Source of the DNA: a virus
Lineage: Duplodnaviria > Caudoviricetes
Direction: 5' to 3' (one strand)
Virus record (IMG/VR): IMGVR_UViG_3300049629_001293
Span: 34,465 to 98,464 of that record
Length of the DNA stretch: 64,000 nt
In this document: piece by piece, positions 18,201-27,530 of the stretch
Layout: each line of letters starts with the position of its first letter
Position numbering within the stretch: position 1 is the first letter of the stretch
Translations under genes and position numbers: made by a program
The notes under the pieces: generated by a model
Databases searched by the model: none
Told to the model about the DNA's origin: nothing
Seen by the model: only the letters and a program-made list of their open reading frames with translations

Positions 18201-20150
18201 CTATACTTCCTCAGCTTCAACAATAATCCGTCCGTTTTCTTCCTTGACACTTTTAACTCGATGGCGAGTGTCTTTTAGCACCATAACTTCGTCTTCTTCT
18301 TTGATCCTGCTCAAATTCCTAATAGACACACCTGATTTATTAATGGTTTTAATGACGACGGGATACCTTTTTTCCTCAATAAAGAAATCGTCCGAAAAAT
18401 TCTTTGCTGTTTTAAGGCTAGATGACCAAGAGGCGTGAGCACCTTGATTATCTAGCACCCCATCCTTGTCGCCTTTAGTCCAGTTTAAAGCCTCCTCTTT
18501 GGTTGCAAAATGAATCCCTCGGTAAACTTCGCCTTCGTATGGGGTTGAGTTCCTGACATAATTAGAAATCCGATTGGCATCCTCGTTTTCTTCCCCTGCT
18601 TTTTGATCGACTCGGATGTCAGTGGCATCCCTTGTCCATTTATAGATGGCTGTAGTGGTGGCTGCTGCCTCCTTCTTAGAAATATTTACTCCTGCTTTTT
18701 CCAGTGCTTCACGATACTCATCGGGGGTTGAGGGCATGGATTCGTGGTCGCCCTTCCCTACTAAATTAAGGTTTTTAGGTTTTTCTTCGGGTTGTTTAAC
18801 CGCCTTTTCCTCGGATTCTTTTTGGGTTTTAGTTATTTCTGGTGATGGTTCAGGCATTTTCTTTTCCTTGTTAGGAGAAACTTCTTCTGTCTCAACGATC
18901 AAAACACCATCTTCGTACACAACCTTTTTAACCCGATGGCGAGTGTCTTTGATGACCACTACCTCATCTTCCGTATCAAAGGTGCTTAAATTTTTGATAG
19001 AGGCACCTGACTTATTAATTGTTTTGATAATGATAGGTTGTGATGTCTCATCGAACGCATTGTCAACAGCAAATTCTCTCGCTTTATCCCAATTAGAAGT
19101 CCAAGATGCGTGGGCATTTTGATTGTCCAATATTCCGTCTTTGTCTCCTTTTGCCCACTCCAGTGCTTCTTCTGTTGATTCAAGGGAGATACCTCGGTAG
19201 ATTTCACCTTTGAATGGCGTTGAACTCTTGACGTAATCAGTGATCCGGTCGGCAACGAGGCTGTATTTCCCTGCTTTTTGAGATTCTCTAATATAAGAGG
19301 CATCTTCTGTCCACTCTTTAACGGCTCCGGTAATCTTTATAGCATCGTCATAAGAGATGGGATTACCCGATGCTTTCATTGCTTCAAAGTACCCGTATGC
19401 GTCGCCAGGAACGGACTCATGATCCCCCTTCCCTACTAAATTAAGAGGCTTGGGTTCGTTTTCAGGTTCTTTAAGGGTTTCTGTTTGATCTTCACTCTTT
19501 ACAGCTATTTTAGCAGCTTTCTTCCCTTCTTCAAAGTCAGATTCTTTCCCTTTTTTGCTAGGGGGAATTTCCTTTATTGTTTCTGGGATTTTATCTATTT
19601 CTGGTGGTTTTTCTACCTCTTTCTTGGTTTTTGTAGTTGATTTAGGATTGGATTTCTTGGCTTCTTTAGCGTAATCAATACCAGCAGCTTTCAATTTCTC
19701 TAAACGATCCTTTGACTGAGCGTCATCGGGGTTTGATTTACAATTATTATTAATATTTATACAGGCTTTCCCGCAATTATATGCGGTGGGTTTAACGCAT
19801 TGGGGTTTCTTTTTGTCTCCTGCCTTGCCTTTTGCTTTAGCCGTTTTAGCCTTGGCATCAAAACGGAAGGAATAGCCTAATGAGAACTCCTCCCATTGTT
19901 CTACTGCATCGCCCGAATCCATCCGTCCTGGGGTATAAGGTTTGAAGTTAACGGTATTTCCATCTAACTCAAAATCAAACACCCTCGGACGGGCAGAATC
20001 CTTAAATCTCCCAGATATTTTACCCGTGTCATCTACCTTAAAGTCCAGCACGTCCACTGGGGCGTTATAGGCAAAAGGAAGAGCAAGAGTCTGGGCGATC
20101 GCTGCTTGCATTTGTACTTTTGTTGGGGCTGTTTTAGTCTCTATGCTCAT
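18201..20150 (-). CDS. Paralogous effector E: N module + Cys4 + two tandem ADP-ribosyltransferase domains
   Basis: GEIYRG/ASWTSN/TEDEVVV and GEVYRG/ASWSSS/EEDEVMV. Confidence 0.75.
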   Translation of the reverse strand: MSIETKTAPTKVQMQAAIAQTLALPFAYNAPVDVLDFKVDDTGKISGRFKDSARPRVFDFELDGNTVNFKPYTPGRMDSGDAVEQWEEFSLGYSFRFDAKAKTAKAKGKAGDKKKPQCVKPTAYNCGKACININNNCKSNPDDAQSKDRLEKLKAAGIDYAKEAKKSNPKSTTKTKKEVEKPPEIDKIPETIKEIPPSKKGKESDFEEGKKAAKIAVKSEDQTETLKEPENEPKPLNLVGKGDHESVPGDAYGYFEAMKASGNPISYDDAIKITGAVKEWTEDASYIRESQKAGKYSLVADRITDYVKSSTPFKGEIYRGISLESTEEALEWAKGDKDGILDNQNAHASWTSNWDKAREFAVDNAFDETSQPIIIKTINKSGASIKNLSTFDTEDEVVVIKDTRHRVKKVVYEDGVLIVETEEVSPNKEKKMPEPSPEITKTQKESEEKAVKQPEEKPKNLNLVGKGDHESMPSTPDEYREALEKAGVNISKKEAAATTTAIYKWTRDATDIRVDQKAGEENEDANRISNYVRNSTPYEGEVYRGIHFATKEEALNWTKGDKDGVLDNQGAHASWSSSLKTAKNFSDDFFIEEKRYPVVIKTINKSGVSIRNLSRIKEEDEVMVLKDTRHRVKSVKEENGRIIVEAEEV

Positions 20151-20251
20151 GTTTTTGCTCTTCCTTTTGCTTTAGAAGTATTTATACAAGAATTGCCGCA
20201 ATCGCAAGAAGTGGGTTTAACACATTTAGGTTTTTCGCTTTTGACCCACAT
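20147..20251 (-). CDS. 34-aa mini-ORF consisting mainly of the family's Cys motif
   Basis: Manual translation MWVKSEKPKCVKPTSCDCGNSCINTSKAKGRAKT*; starts 1 nt after the upstream stop codon and ends in an ATGA overlap. Confidence 0.55.
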   Translation of the reverse strand: MWVKSEKPKCVKPTSCDCGNSCINTSKAKGRAKT

Positions 20252-20252
20252 A

Positions 20253-21611
20253 CTATTTAGTTACTTGAGCAAAAGACCTCATTTTGCCCGCCGCGTTTTG
20301 GATTCCGTCGCCATATCTTTTATTGATATCAGAACCAGGAGGATATTCCCCTCTGCCTACGCCATTAAGAGTAAACAAATCATTCTCGTGTAAGTCAAGC
20401 ATGGCTCTATTAAAATCACCCCGACCAACCTTATCCCCCATTGCGTCACGGATCTTGTATATAGGGACAAGACCTCCATGATTCCCTTCTTTGTCTATGT
20501 CTTTCAATAGTGTAGATATCTCTTTCTGTATTTCTTTTTGATCAGACATCTGCCCTGGTTTGCGCTTAAATTCTTGTTTTGCTTTTTCAATAGCTTTTGT
20601 GTCTTTTATAACAAAAGATTGACGATTCCTGTTGAACATATCGGTAATTCCGTCCGAAGGATCAAATTGTCCGTCTGGATTCATATCCTCTTTTTTTAAC
20701 GTTCCAGTTTCTAGTTCGATTCCCTCGTCATCTGTACCTGCCTTTAGTGTCCATTTATCAAAGTCTTCTTTACTCACCCTGTCTTTTAATTCATGTCTCA
20801 TTTGTGCTATGTTTACTCGATCTCCTTGTCCTAACTCAAACGCAACCCTAGCTGCTTCTTTGACAATCTCCTTTTTAAAGGTGTCATAATCCTTTATTGG
20901 TTCGTCACTATAAAAGGGATTTGCCTTGGATTTAGGACTAGATTTAGCTTTGGGTTTAACTTCGGGCTTTGGCTCGATCTTGGCTTCTGGTTCTGCCGTT
21001 TTCTTTGTTGCCAATTTTTGACCAGTAGGCTTTTTACTCTCTGCTTTAGGCTTGGTTTGGGGCTTTTCTACAGTCGTTTTTGCTGTTTTCGCGTAATCTT
21101 TCCCAATTCCTTCTAACTTTTTAAGCCTGTCTTTTATTGTGGGATCATTGGTTTTGATTTTGCAGGTTTTCATGATGTTGATGCAAGCTGCACCACAATT
21201 GTAAGCTGTCGGCTTAACGCATTGAGGCTTTTTTTTGCCACCTACTCCCGCATCAACACGGAAGCCATACCCTGCTGAAAATGCCTCCCATTCTTGGACA
21301 TCTTCCTCTGATTCTAAGCTGTCCATTTTGCCAGGTTTATAAGGCTTATAGGCTACGGACTCCCCATCTAGGGTAAAGGAAAACACCCGTGGACGTGCCG
21401 CATCTTTAAATACTCCGGTAATATTGCCATTCTCGGCAACATCAAATTTAAGCACAACAACTGGGGCGTTATAAACAAAATCCATTGACAAGGTTTGGGC
21501 AATAAGTAACCTCATTTGAGCTTCGGTTGGTGCAGTACCTCCGCCACCATCCCCAACTAATACTTCATCTTCGTCAACACGGAACAAAGAACTTGGTTTT
21601 GTTTTTAACAT
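20253..21611 (-). CDS. Paralogous effector F: N module + Cys4 + two tandem helical (winged-helix-like) domains
   Basis: Repeats RVNIAQMRHELKDRVSKEDFDK and LVPIYKIRDAMGDKVGRGDFNR. Confidence 0.6.
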   Translation of the reverse strand: MLKTKPSSLFRVDEDEVLVGDGGGGTAPTEAQMRLLIAQTLSMDFVYNAPVVVLKFDVAENGNITGVFKDAARPRVFSFTLDGESVAYKPYKPGKMDSLESEEDVQEWEAFSAGYGFRVDAGVGGKKKPQCVKPTAYNCGAACINIMKTCKIKTNDPTIKDRLKKLEGIGKDYAKTAKTTVEKPQTKPKAESKKPTGQKLATKKTAEPEAKIEPKPEVKPKAKSSPKSKANPFYSDEPIKDYDTFKKEIVKEAARVAFELGQGDRVNIAQMRHELKDRVSKEDFDKWTLKAGTDDEGIELETGTLKKEDMNPDGQFDPSDGITDMFNRNRQSFVIKDTKAIEKAKQEFKRKPGQMSDQKEIQKEISTLLKDIDKEGNHGGLVPIYKIRDAMGDKVGRGDFNRAMLDLHENDLFTLNGVGRGEYPPGSDINKRYGDGIQNAAGKMRSFAQVTK

Positions 21612-21632
21612 GATTTTACCTTTTATAAATAG

Positions 21633-21702
21633 AAACCTTGTGAGTTAATCACAAGTAAAAACCTTGTGAGTCAATCACAAGTAAAAACCTTGTGAGCTAA
21701 TC
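21633..21702. repeat. 26-bp tandem repeat (~2.7 copies) duplicating a gene 3' end; each unit is palindromic
   Basis: AAACCTTGTGAG(T/C)NAATCACAAGTAA units, with internal CTTGTGA/TCACAAG. Confidence 0.85.
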
Positions 21703-22094
21703 TTCTCAACTAACTCCATGTCCCACGTTACGATATTTTTAGTTAGTGAGACTAAGTTACAAACAACTCCATCGGGAGGGTAAAATGTGGTGTCTGCTCC
21801 GACAATATAGTCAACCCCCTCACCCTTCAATTGTTCTTCTAAATAACGCCGTGAAATCCCTTTGACGGAATAGGATTTAGTTATTCCCTCCACTGAGCTT
21901 AGATTTTCAATCCCTTCCTTACTTGGGAATTGATCTTGAATAACCGGAGATGGGGTAATCTCCAGATACTCGTAATCATTGCCCAATCTTGTGCGAACGA
22001 CAAGGCTTCGAATATTGGGATTGCCAAATCCCCCCGCGAGAGGGGAGATCCGGTCTCTTAGGGCTATCATTTGCTCAACAAAGGATTGACTCAT
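21675..22094 (-). CDS. Putative head-closure/neck protein
   Basis: 139 aa beta-rich ORF downstream of the DUF4054 adaptor; positional inference. Confidence 0.4.
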   Translation of the reverse strand: MSQSFVEQMIALRDRISPLAGGFGNPNIRSLVVRTRLGNDYEYLEITPSPVIQDQFPSKEGIENLSSVEGITKSYSVKGISRRYLEEQLKGEGVDYIVGADTTFYPPDGVVCNLVSLTKNIVTWDMELVEKISSQGFYL

Positions 22095-22351
22095 TTCTTC
22101 TCTTTGGGAGTATAAGCAGCCTGTGGGTGGTCTGGCTTGTCTAACTTCTTATTGATTTCCTGTAACTCAACATAAATTGCTGCCATTGCTTGCAGTTCTG
22201 GCGAGGCGGGAGCCGCTATTCCAGCAGAAGTAACTCGACCATTATCAACGGTGAAATCAGGGAACTGTACTTTCATAAAACTAAAATAGGGGGAGTGAAG
22301 ATAGTATTGCGGAGGTGGATATATTGCCTCCCGTAAGTTGTCAAAGACCAA
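22091..22351 (-). CDS. Hypothetical protein (true start probably the internal Met near 22276)
   Basis: Coupled to both neighbours by overlaps. Confidence 0.45.
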   Translation of the reverse strand: MVFDNLREAIYPPPQYYLHSPYFSFMKVQFPDFTVDNGRVTSAGIAAPASPELQAMAAIYVELQEINKKLDKPDHPQAAYTPKEKK

Positions 22352-22608
22352 TCGTTCTCGGAGCCAGAAGGGGTAGAACTTCCTGGCCCGGATGCGATTC
22401 CCGTGACACTAGAGGCAATATCCGCCTGTTGAAACCAATCAATGCTGATTCGATGGGCAGCAATCAACATAATTCCATCCGTTCTCTTGGGATCAGCCCA
22501 ACCAGCACAGTAATTATTCTCGGCAAAGTTTAAACTGTATTGAATCACAGAAGATTCGACTACAGCGAACTGAGGATAAACCGCTAAAAAATCGGAAGGG
22601 AGAACCAT
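22273..22608 (-). CDS. DUF4054 family head-tail adaptor
   Basis: FL..YPQF N-terminus, L.AAH, W..TTYGRQY..LR signature. Confidence 0.8.
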   Translation of the reverse strand: MVLPSDFLAVYPQFAVVESSVIQYSLNFAENNYCAGWADPKRTDGIMLIAAHRISIDWFQQADIASSVTGIASGPGSSTPSGSENDWSLTTYGRQYIHLRNTIFTPPILVL

Positions 22609-22611
22609 TTA

Positions 22612-23091
22612 TTACCCACGGATGTTCATAGTATTAACCGATTTGATATTCTTGACTTGCTCCGCTATTGCCTTAGAAATAGCGGGACGATCTTCTCTTT
22701 TCTCGGATCGTTCTAGCCAATCAATATCACTAGAATTGCGAATTAGATCTAGGGCATCTTTTTCAATATAATCAAGGGTTGTTTCAGTAGGAAACTTCCC
22801 TTCCTCTAGGGTGGGAGAGATTACTCTGAATGCTCCGCAATTAACAAGTTGCAATCCGAGGGGATGCCGAACAATATAGTCATAGTCCTCGTCGGGAAGC
22901 TCCAAATTAGTCCCAGGCAGAATCCAACTCCCCCGTGTTTCCACCGCATCCAACGAGGTTTTTTTGGTTCCCCCACGAGTAATAGGACGGGAGAAACGGA
23001 TCGGCGAAGTGATAGCCTCCACTGATATTCCATAGGGAATGCGTGGATTATGAGGATTTAGCTTTGGGTCAAAGATGATAGTTTTAGACAT
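22612..23091 (-). CDS. Head-associated hypothetical protein
   Basis: Directly after the capsid gene; ILPGTN motif and a C-terminal helical E.R.AI.KAI segment. Confidence 0.5.
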   Translation of the reverse strand: MSKTIIFDPKLNPHNPRIPYGISVEAITSPIRFSRPITRGGTKKTSLDAVETRGSWILPGTNLELPDEDYDYIVRHPLGLQLVNCGAFRVISPTLEEGKFPTETTLDYIEKDALDLIRNSSDIDWLERSEKREDRPAISKAIAEQVKNIKSVNTMNIRG

Positions 23092-23093
23092 TT

Positions 23094-24047
23094 TTATTCG
23101 GGTAATACTACAATGTGCATGGAGAATGGGCGTTTGAGGTCAATTCCCCCAAACTTAAACTTGGCACCACGCCAGAAAGAATCAACACCAATGGGACGAG
23201 TATCAGTCCACTTTAATGGTTGATAAATCTTAGCAGAGACTTTTTTGGGATCTCGACGGAAAGCCTGAATAAAGCGGGTAGGAGCCAAACCAATCGACTC
23301 TAAATATTCGGGAGCCATCTCGGACACCACACCGACTTCTTTGATGTTGGAGTTGACTTTTAAGAAGTGTTCTAACACCGTGCGATCTAAGGCAGATGTA
23401 CCAATTTGAATGATATCCGAGGAGAGGTGTTCGTAAGTTTCCGAATCCATCAGCAAAGTGTCAGGCTTCTCTCGGTTATTGGTCAACCGAGTCGGGGCAT
23501 TCACACAATCATTCAACACACTCAGCTTTTGTTGAGATGTTGCAGACCCGTTTAAAGGGAAGGGAGCATAAGACCGCAGGGCTTGGGGGTGATTCAAAAA
23601 ACCTGGCATCCCTGTTTCTAAATCTCCGTTTGCCACCAACTGATTGATTTTTTGTTGTGCGGCTTCTTGAATTGTCCAGATTTTGTCCTCCTCAATGCTC
23701 TCGCCCATTCGACTGACAGCCGCGATATCATCCTCGGAAACGCTATAACCTTGTCCCCATTTATGGATCGGCATCTTCATCTCGCCATAGACCAGTTCCA
23801 CTTCGGGAAGGTCTGTGGTGTAGTTTCGGATTAATTTGAACTGCCCGACGTGACGGAGCCACCGATATCCCCAGGTTTTTGCCCAGGGCTTGTTTTGGAT
23901 GTTGAGAGGGCAAATGACTCCAGCAGCGAAAGGATAGTCCGCAAGATCGAACTCCTTATCTACTTGAGCTTCTAAGTCCATCAGGGTGCCAAAGAACGTC
24001 CCGATTTCATCAGCATCCAACCTTGTAGTCCCGGAAAAGTTCATCAT
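23094..24047 (-). CDS. Major capsid protein (DUF2184, HK97/encapsulin-like fold)
   Basis: 317 aa; DLP.V, G.GY.VS.DDI, GD...GMPGFLNHP, E.PDTLL, GG....RP motifs; follows the DUF2213 and decoration genes. Confidence 0.85.
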   Translation of the reverse strand: MMNFSGTTRLDADEIGTFFGTLMDLEAQVDKEFDLADYPFAAGVICPLNIQNKPWAKTWGYRWLRHVGQFKLIRNYTTDLPEVELVYGEMKMPIHKWGQGYSVSEDDIAAVSRMGESIEEDKIWTIQEAAQQKINQLVANGDLETGMPGFLNHPQALRSYAPFPLNGSATSQQKLSVLNDCVNAPTRLTNNREKPDTLLMDSETYEHLSSDIIQIGTSALDRTVLEHFLKVNSNIKEVGVVSEMAPEYLESIGLAPTRFIQAFRRDPKKVSAKIYQPLKWTDTRPIGVDSFWRGAKFKFGGIDLKRPFSMHIVVLPE

Positions 24048-24066
24048 AGTTTAAGTTCTTTCTATA

Positions 24067-24897
24067 TTAAGGAACATTGAAGCCGATTAAAACGCACACC
24101 GCGCCAGTGCTAGTGACCACAGGGGAACATTTGAACTCAGCCTTCGCGGAGATATTAATTGTACCACTTGTCACTTTTGTTGCTTTCCCCTCGTGTCCCG
24201 CAGCAACAGAGACGTAGACGGCATCATTGATTGTGATATCCGTCTCAACACATTCAACCCAGATCCCTGACGATTCCCCTGTCCGGTCAACCACGTCCAT
24301 CACATCCTGATAGGGGTAAGTTGTCCCACTATAGTTTGCACCTTGATAAATCAAAGGTTGCATTTCGATGTCTTTGACGATTCGAGTAATCCCTAAGATT
24401 ACGTCAGTGGTAGCAGTAGGAAGTCCTGCAACTTTGGGGTCGGTTTCGGTGTTTGCTCTGGCAACAAACCGACCGAATGGTACGGGGAGAGGAATAATCA
24501 TCGCCGTGGTTACAGTTGCCGTTAAACTAGCACCAGTAACTACCAGGATGTTCTCGATACCATATTCCAGTGCCGTGAATAGCACGTTATTCCCACTAAC
24601 ACTTGCAATCCCCCGTCGCCCAAAAGCAGGGTTTACTCGGATTGCATTCAATAAACCAGCTTGCAGTTCCGCTTGAGTGGCACTAGCATCGGTTGTAAAA
24701 CGTGCCGTGCCTAGTCCGTTGTTTAACCTGACGGTATATACAGTGCTAGAAGCAGGGGAGGCAGGAATCGCCAGAGTCCAGACCTCTTTAACAGCATTCT
24801 TTATAGAAACAAGGGCTTTGACTCTCGGAAAATTAATAGATCCCTCGCCCATGCCAGGAGTCGCCCGATCAAATTGAAGATTGTAGTTGTACCGCAT
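24067..24897 (-). CDS. Capsid decoration/cement protein with an inserted Ig-like domain
   Basis: PFGRFV...LP......GI...Y....V...GIWV...VYV pattern; sits between protease and capsid genes. Confidence 0.65.
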   Translation of the reverse strand: MRYNYNLQFDRATPGMGEGSINFPRVKALVSIKNAVKEVWTLAIPASPASSTVYTVRLNNGLGTARFTTDASATQAELQAGLLNAIRVNPAFGRRGIASVSGNNVLFTALEYGIENILVVTGASLTATVTTAMIIPLPVPFGRFVARANTETDPKVAGLPTATTDVILGITRIVKDIEMQPLIYQGANYSGTTYPYQDVMDVVDRTGESSGIWVECVETDITINDAVYVSVAAGHEGKATKVTSGTINISAKAEFKCSPVVTSTGAVCVLIGFNVP

Positions 24898-26432
24898 TAT
24901 CTAGTAACCCCCATGCGTGTTTTTCCTATCGTTAAAGGCTGCTTATAGGCGTGCACCCGTCGTCTTTCCCCTTCGGTGAGTTCATCTCCGTAGGTAGATT
25001 GAGCAGGTCTTTTGAGCATCGAATCAAGGCGATGGGAGAACTCCTCTGAGTCTCCATCGTCTCCATCGTCTCTATCTTCTTCCTCCTCGTCATCCCCTTC
25101 TTCTTTATCACCTGGATCGGTGGGGGAAGAATCGTAATTCTCCTGAACGTAGGCAAAAACCCCGTCTACATAAGAATCGGATCGGAACGTCAAGTCCATA
25201 TTGGGTTCGATTTCAGCTAACAAAGTGCGTTTGATGTCGCTAGTAGAGAAGCTACTATCAAACCGAGCGTCAGAGAACCCTGGCAACAAACTGTCGGCTT
25301 CCTTCCATATCGCCAAAAGATCCCCGACCGAATCACCCCGACAAGCACTCTCATCTTCGTCGTTGCTATCAACACGAGGCTTGGACTTTTTTTTCTTTTT
25401 GGAAGTCGTAGTTTCTTCTTCCTCTGCAACATCCCATTCTTCCATCATTTCTTCTTCTTCATTGTCCTCCTCTTCCATCATTTCTTCATCTTCGGGAACG
25501 GGAGGCATCATTTTCTTTTTGCCTCCATCAACGCGGACGTACTGCCCCATGTCATTCCGGTAATAACCTAATTCACCAAGGACATTATCGGCATTGTCTA
25601 CGATGATCTCTAGGTTATCTAACCGGAACTGGTAATTTTCCCGTGCGGCTTCTAGCTTCCGGTTCTCCCGACTCGTAGTATCAAACCGTGTAACAAGCGA
25701 ATCGTGGCGTTCCTTTAATTCTTTCAATTCACGGAATCGAGTACCGCTAATGGAAGCGAAAGATTCAGGGATTCCTGAATACTCAACTCCATCGCATCTA
25801 ACTATTGCCATACGCTGTTCATTATCTCCATTATCATTGGTTTTGTTAGGGTTACTAGGGTTTTCGATGACTTGCCCTGCGACAGCTTGTCCAATCCCCG
25901 CAGCACTATCTAATCGGAGGCGAACATCTCCCCCTGCCCTTCCTCGGCTCGTCAAAGCCAAATGGTTGGCACGGACATTAATCTGTTCCCTGTCATAGTG
26001 TTGCCCATTCCACACCCCTTCCCCTTGCTTGATGTCGCAGGTATATCCAGCAGATAGTTGTTCCTTTTCCCTTGCATCAATTAGGGCGATCGCCTTAGCA
26101 TCAAAAAACGACACCAAGCCTTTGATCACCCCTTCAGTCTTGTCATAATAAGCAGAAGAATCAGTCATCCCTACCGTGTAATCCTTGTAGCTTTCGCTAT
26201 TAAGAAGTCCAACATAGGGATGTTCTATCACCAGGGGGAGGAGTTTGAAACTCTCTACTGTGGCCAGTTCTGCATTGGTTTCCGGTCTCCTGAGTTCGTG
26301 GACTATGGAGCCATCAGGCTGACGATACTCCAACACCCCGTCACAACAAAAAGACCCCTCACAATGGAGACGACCATCCTCAGTTCTTATTACCCTAAAT
26401 TTAGTTGGAGCATCGAGCCTGATTTCAACCAT
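24897..26432 (-). CDS. DUF2213 prohead protease/scaffold fusion
   Basis: GVLEY...ELR.PE, HP, QLSAGY.C, YD..Q.N...NHLAL..RGRAG..VRL.LDS; acidic scaffold-like tail. Confidence 0.9.
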   Translation of the reverse strand: MVEIRLDAPTKFRVIRTEDGRLHCEGSFCCDGVLEYRQPDGSIVHELRRPETNAELATVESFKLLPLVIEHPYVGLLNSESYKDYTVGMTDSSAYYDKTEGVIKGLVSFFDAKAIALIDAREKEQLSAGYTCDIKQGEGVWNGQHYDREQINVRANHLALTSRGRAGGDVRLRLDSAAGIGQAVAGQVIENPSNPNKTNDNGDNEQRMAIVRCDGVEYSGIPESFASISGTRFRELKELKERHDSLVTRFDTTSRENRKLEAARENYQFRLDNLEIIVDNADNVLGELGYYRNDMGQYVRVDGGKKKMMPPVPEDEEMMEEEDNEEEEMMEEWDVAEEEETTTSKKKKKSKPRVDSNDEDESACRGDSVGDLLAIWKEADSLLPGFSDARFDSSFSTSDIKRTLLAEIEPNMDLTFRSDSYVDGVFAYVQENYDSSPTDPGDKEEGDDEEEEDRDDGDDGDSEEFSHRLDSMLKRPAQSTYGDELTEGERRRVHAYKQPLTIGKTRMGVTR

Positions 26433-26505
26433 TTCTCAATACAAAAAACAAATAATTCTTTTTAAAGAATAACGCACCCTATCAGTCATTTAAAGAGGGT
26501 GCAAA

Positions 26506-26529
26506 AAAATAATTTCTATACAAGAAAAT
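26506..26529 (-). promoter_or_regulatory. 24-bp element, copy 1, upstream of the head operon
   Basis: AAAATAATTTCTATACAAGAAAAT, identical at 30139-30162. Confidence 0.55.
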
Positions 26530-26564
26530 AGACTAAAATTAAATCAATGATTTAGATATAAATA

Positions 26565-26939
26565 ATGACTATTACAAAAAGAGAGTATCCTTCTAAGAAA
26601 ACGTTAGGATCTGGTGCATTGGCTCCCTATCGCGCTCTCGGTCGGTCAATTCGACGAGATCTTATAAATGCAAATCTTGGAATGATGGAATTTAGCGAGA
26701 AAAGTGGGTGGGATTGGCAGACAATTCGACGGATTTTAATGGGGGAGCGGCGGACGGATTTTATAGAACTGTTGATTATCGCTTCGTTAATTTCTGAGGA
26801 TCAATCGGAAACGGAAAGACTGATCCTCACCTGGACGAAGGAAACTTTGAAAATCATCGAGGAAGGAATCCCCCAAGAAATTAACCCAGGTCTTGTTGAT
26901 AATCTTGTCGAGATTAACGAAGAGATCCCTTTAGAATAG
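26565..26939 (+). CDS. XRE-family HTH protein
   Basis: LGMMEFSEKSGWDWQTIRRILMGERRTDFIEL. Confidence 0.65.
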   Translation: MTITKREYPSKKTLGSGALAPYRALGRSIRRDLINANLGMMEFSEKSGWDWQTIRRILMGERRTDFIELLIIASLISEDQSETERLILTWTKETLKIIEEGIPQEINPGLVDNLVEINEEIPLE

Positions 26940-27333
26940 CAATAATCTCCTGACGATTCCGTTGGCTTACTCCTAAAAATTGACGTTTAGGCATTTTCTT
27001 AGTGCCTTTTTGTAAATAGGAGCCATAGGGCAATGGAGTCCCTACCTCAACCCTTCCTTTTTCAATCCGATATCGAATAGAAGATCGCAACAATCCTTGG
27101 CGTTGTAGTATTTGCATAATAAAACCCCGACTAGCCTTGTATTTAAGGGTTGATGGGGCTAGGTGTTCCCATTTCTCCCCATAAGGACTCTGTTCCTTCT
27201 GGAAGTTCTCATCGGTTGATGCCACCATGAACTGCCCAACTTTATGCAGTTCAGGTGTGAGGTTCTGAAACTTTCTGATTAATTTATTGAGGTAATTTTG
27301 GACTTGGTTAGCAACGAATTTTAGGGATAGCAT
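26914..27333 (-). CDS. Phage virion morphogenesis protein (Mu gpG / Phage_tail_S-like)
   Basis: NF..EQSP.G.KW..L.PST...ILQ..G.LR.SI...VGT...YG..LQ.GT.KMP.R.FLG. Confidence 0.85.
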   Translation of the reverse strand: MLSLKFVANQVQNYLNKLIRKFQNLTPELHKVGQFMVASTDENFQKEQSPYGEKWEHLAPSTLKYKASRGFIMQILQRQGLLRSSIRYRIEKGRVEVGTPLPYGSYLQKGTKKMPKRQFLGVSQRNRQEIIAILKGSLR

Positions 27334-27530
27334 AGGGTTAAAAGTAAAATATATCCTAATTTTAATATAAAAAAGGAAGGCTTTAACACCTCCTCCATCT
27401 TACCGTTTCAGTTACCCTCTGCACCCTCAAAACCCTCTTTTAATATTGTTTTGACTTTTGACTGTTTTCTGTCTTTTGGGTAGCTAACCGATTCTTGTCT
27501 TCAAGTAGACGATTATACGCTACAACCTCA

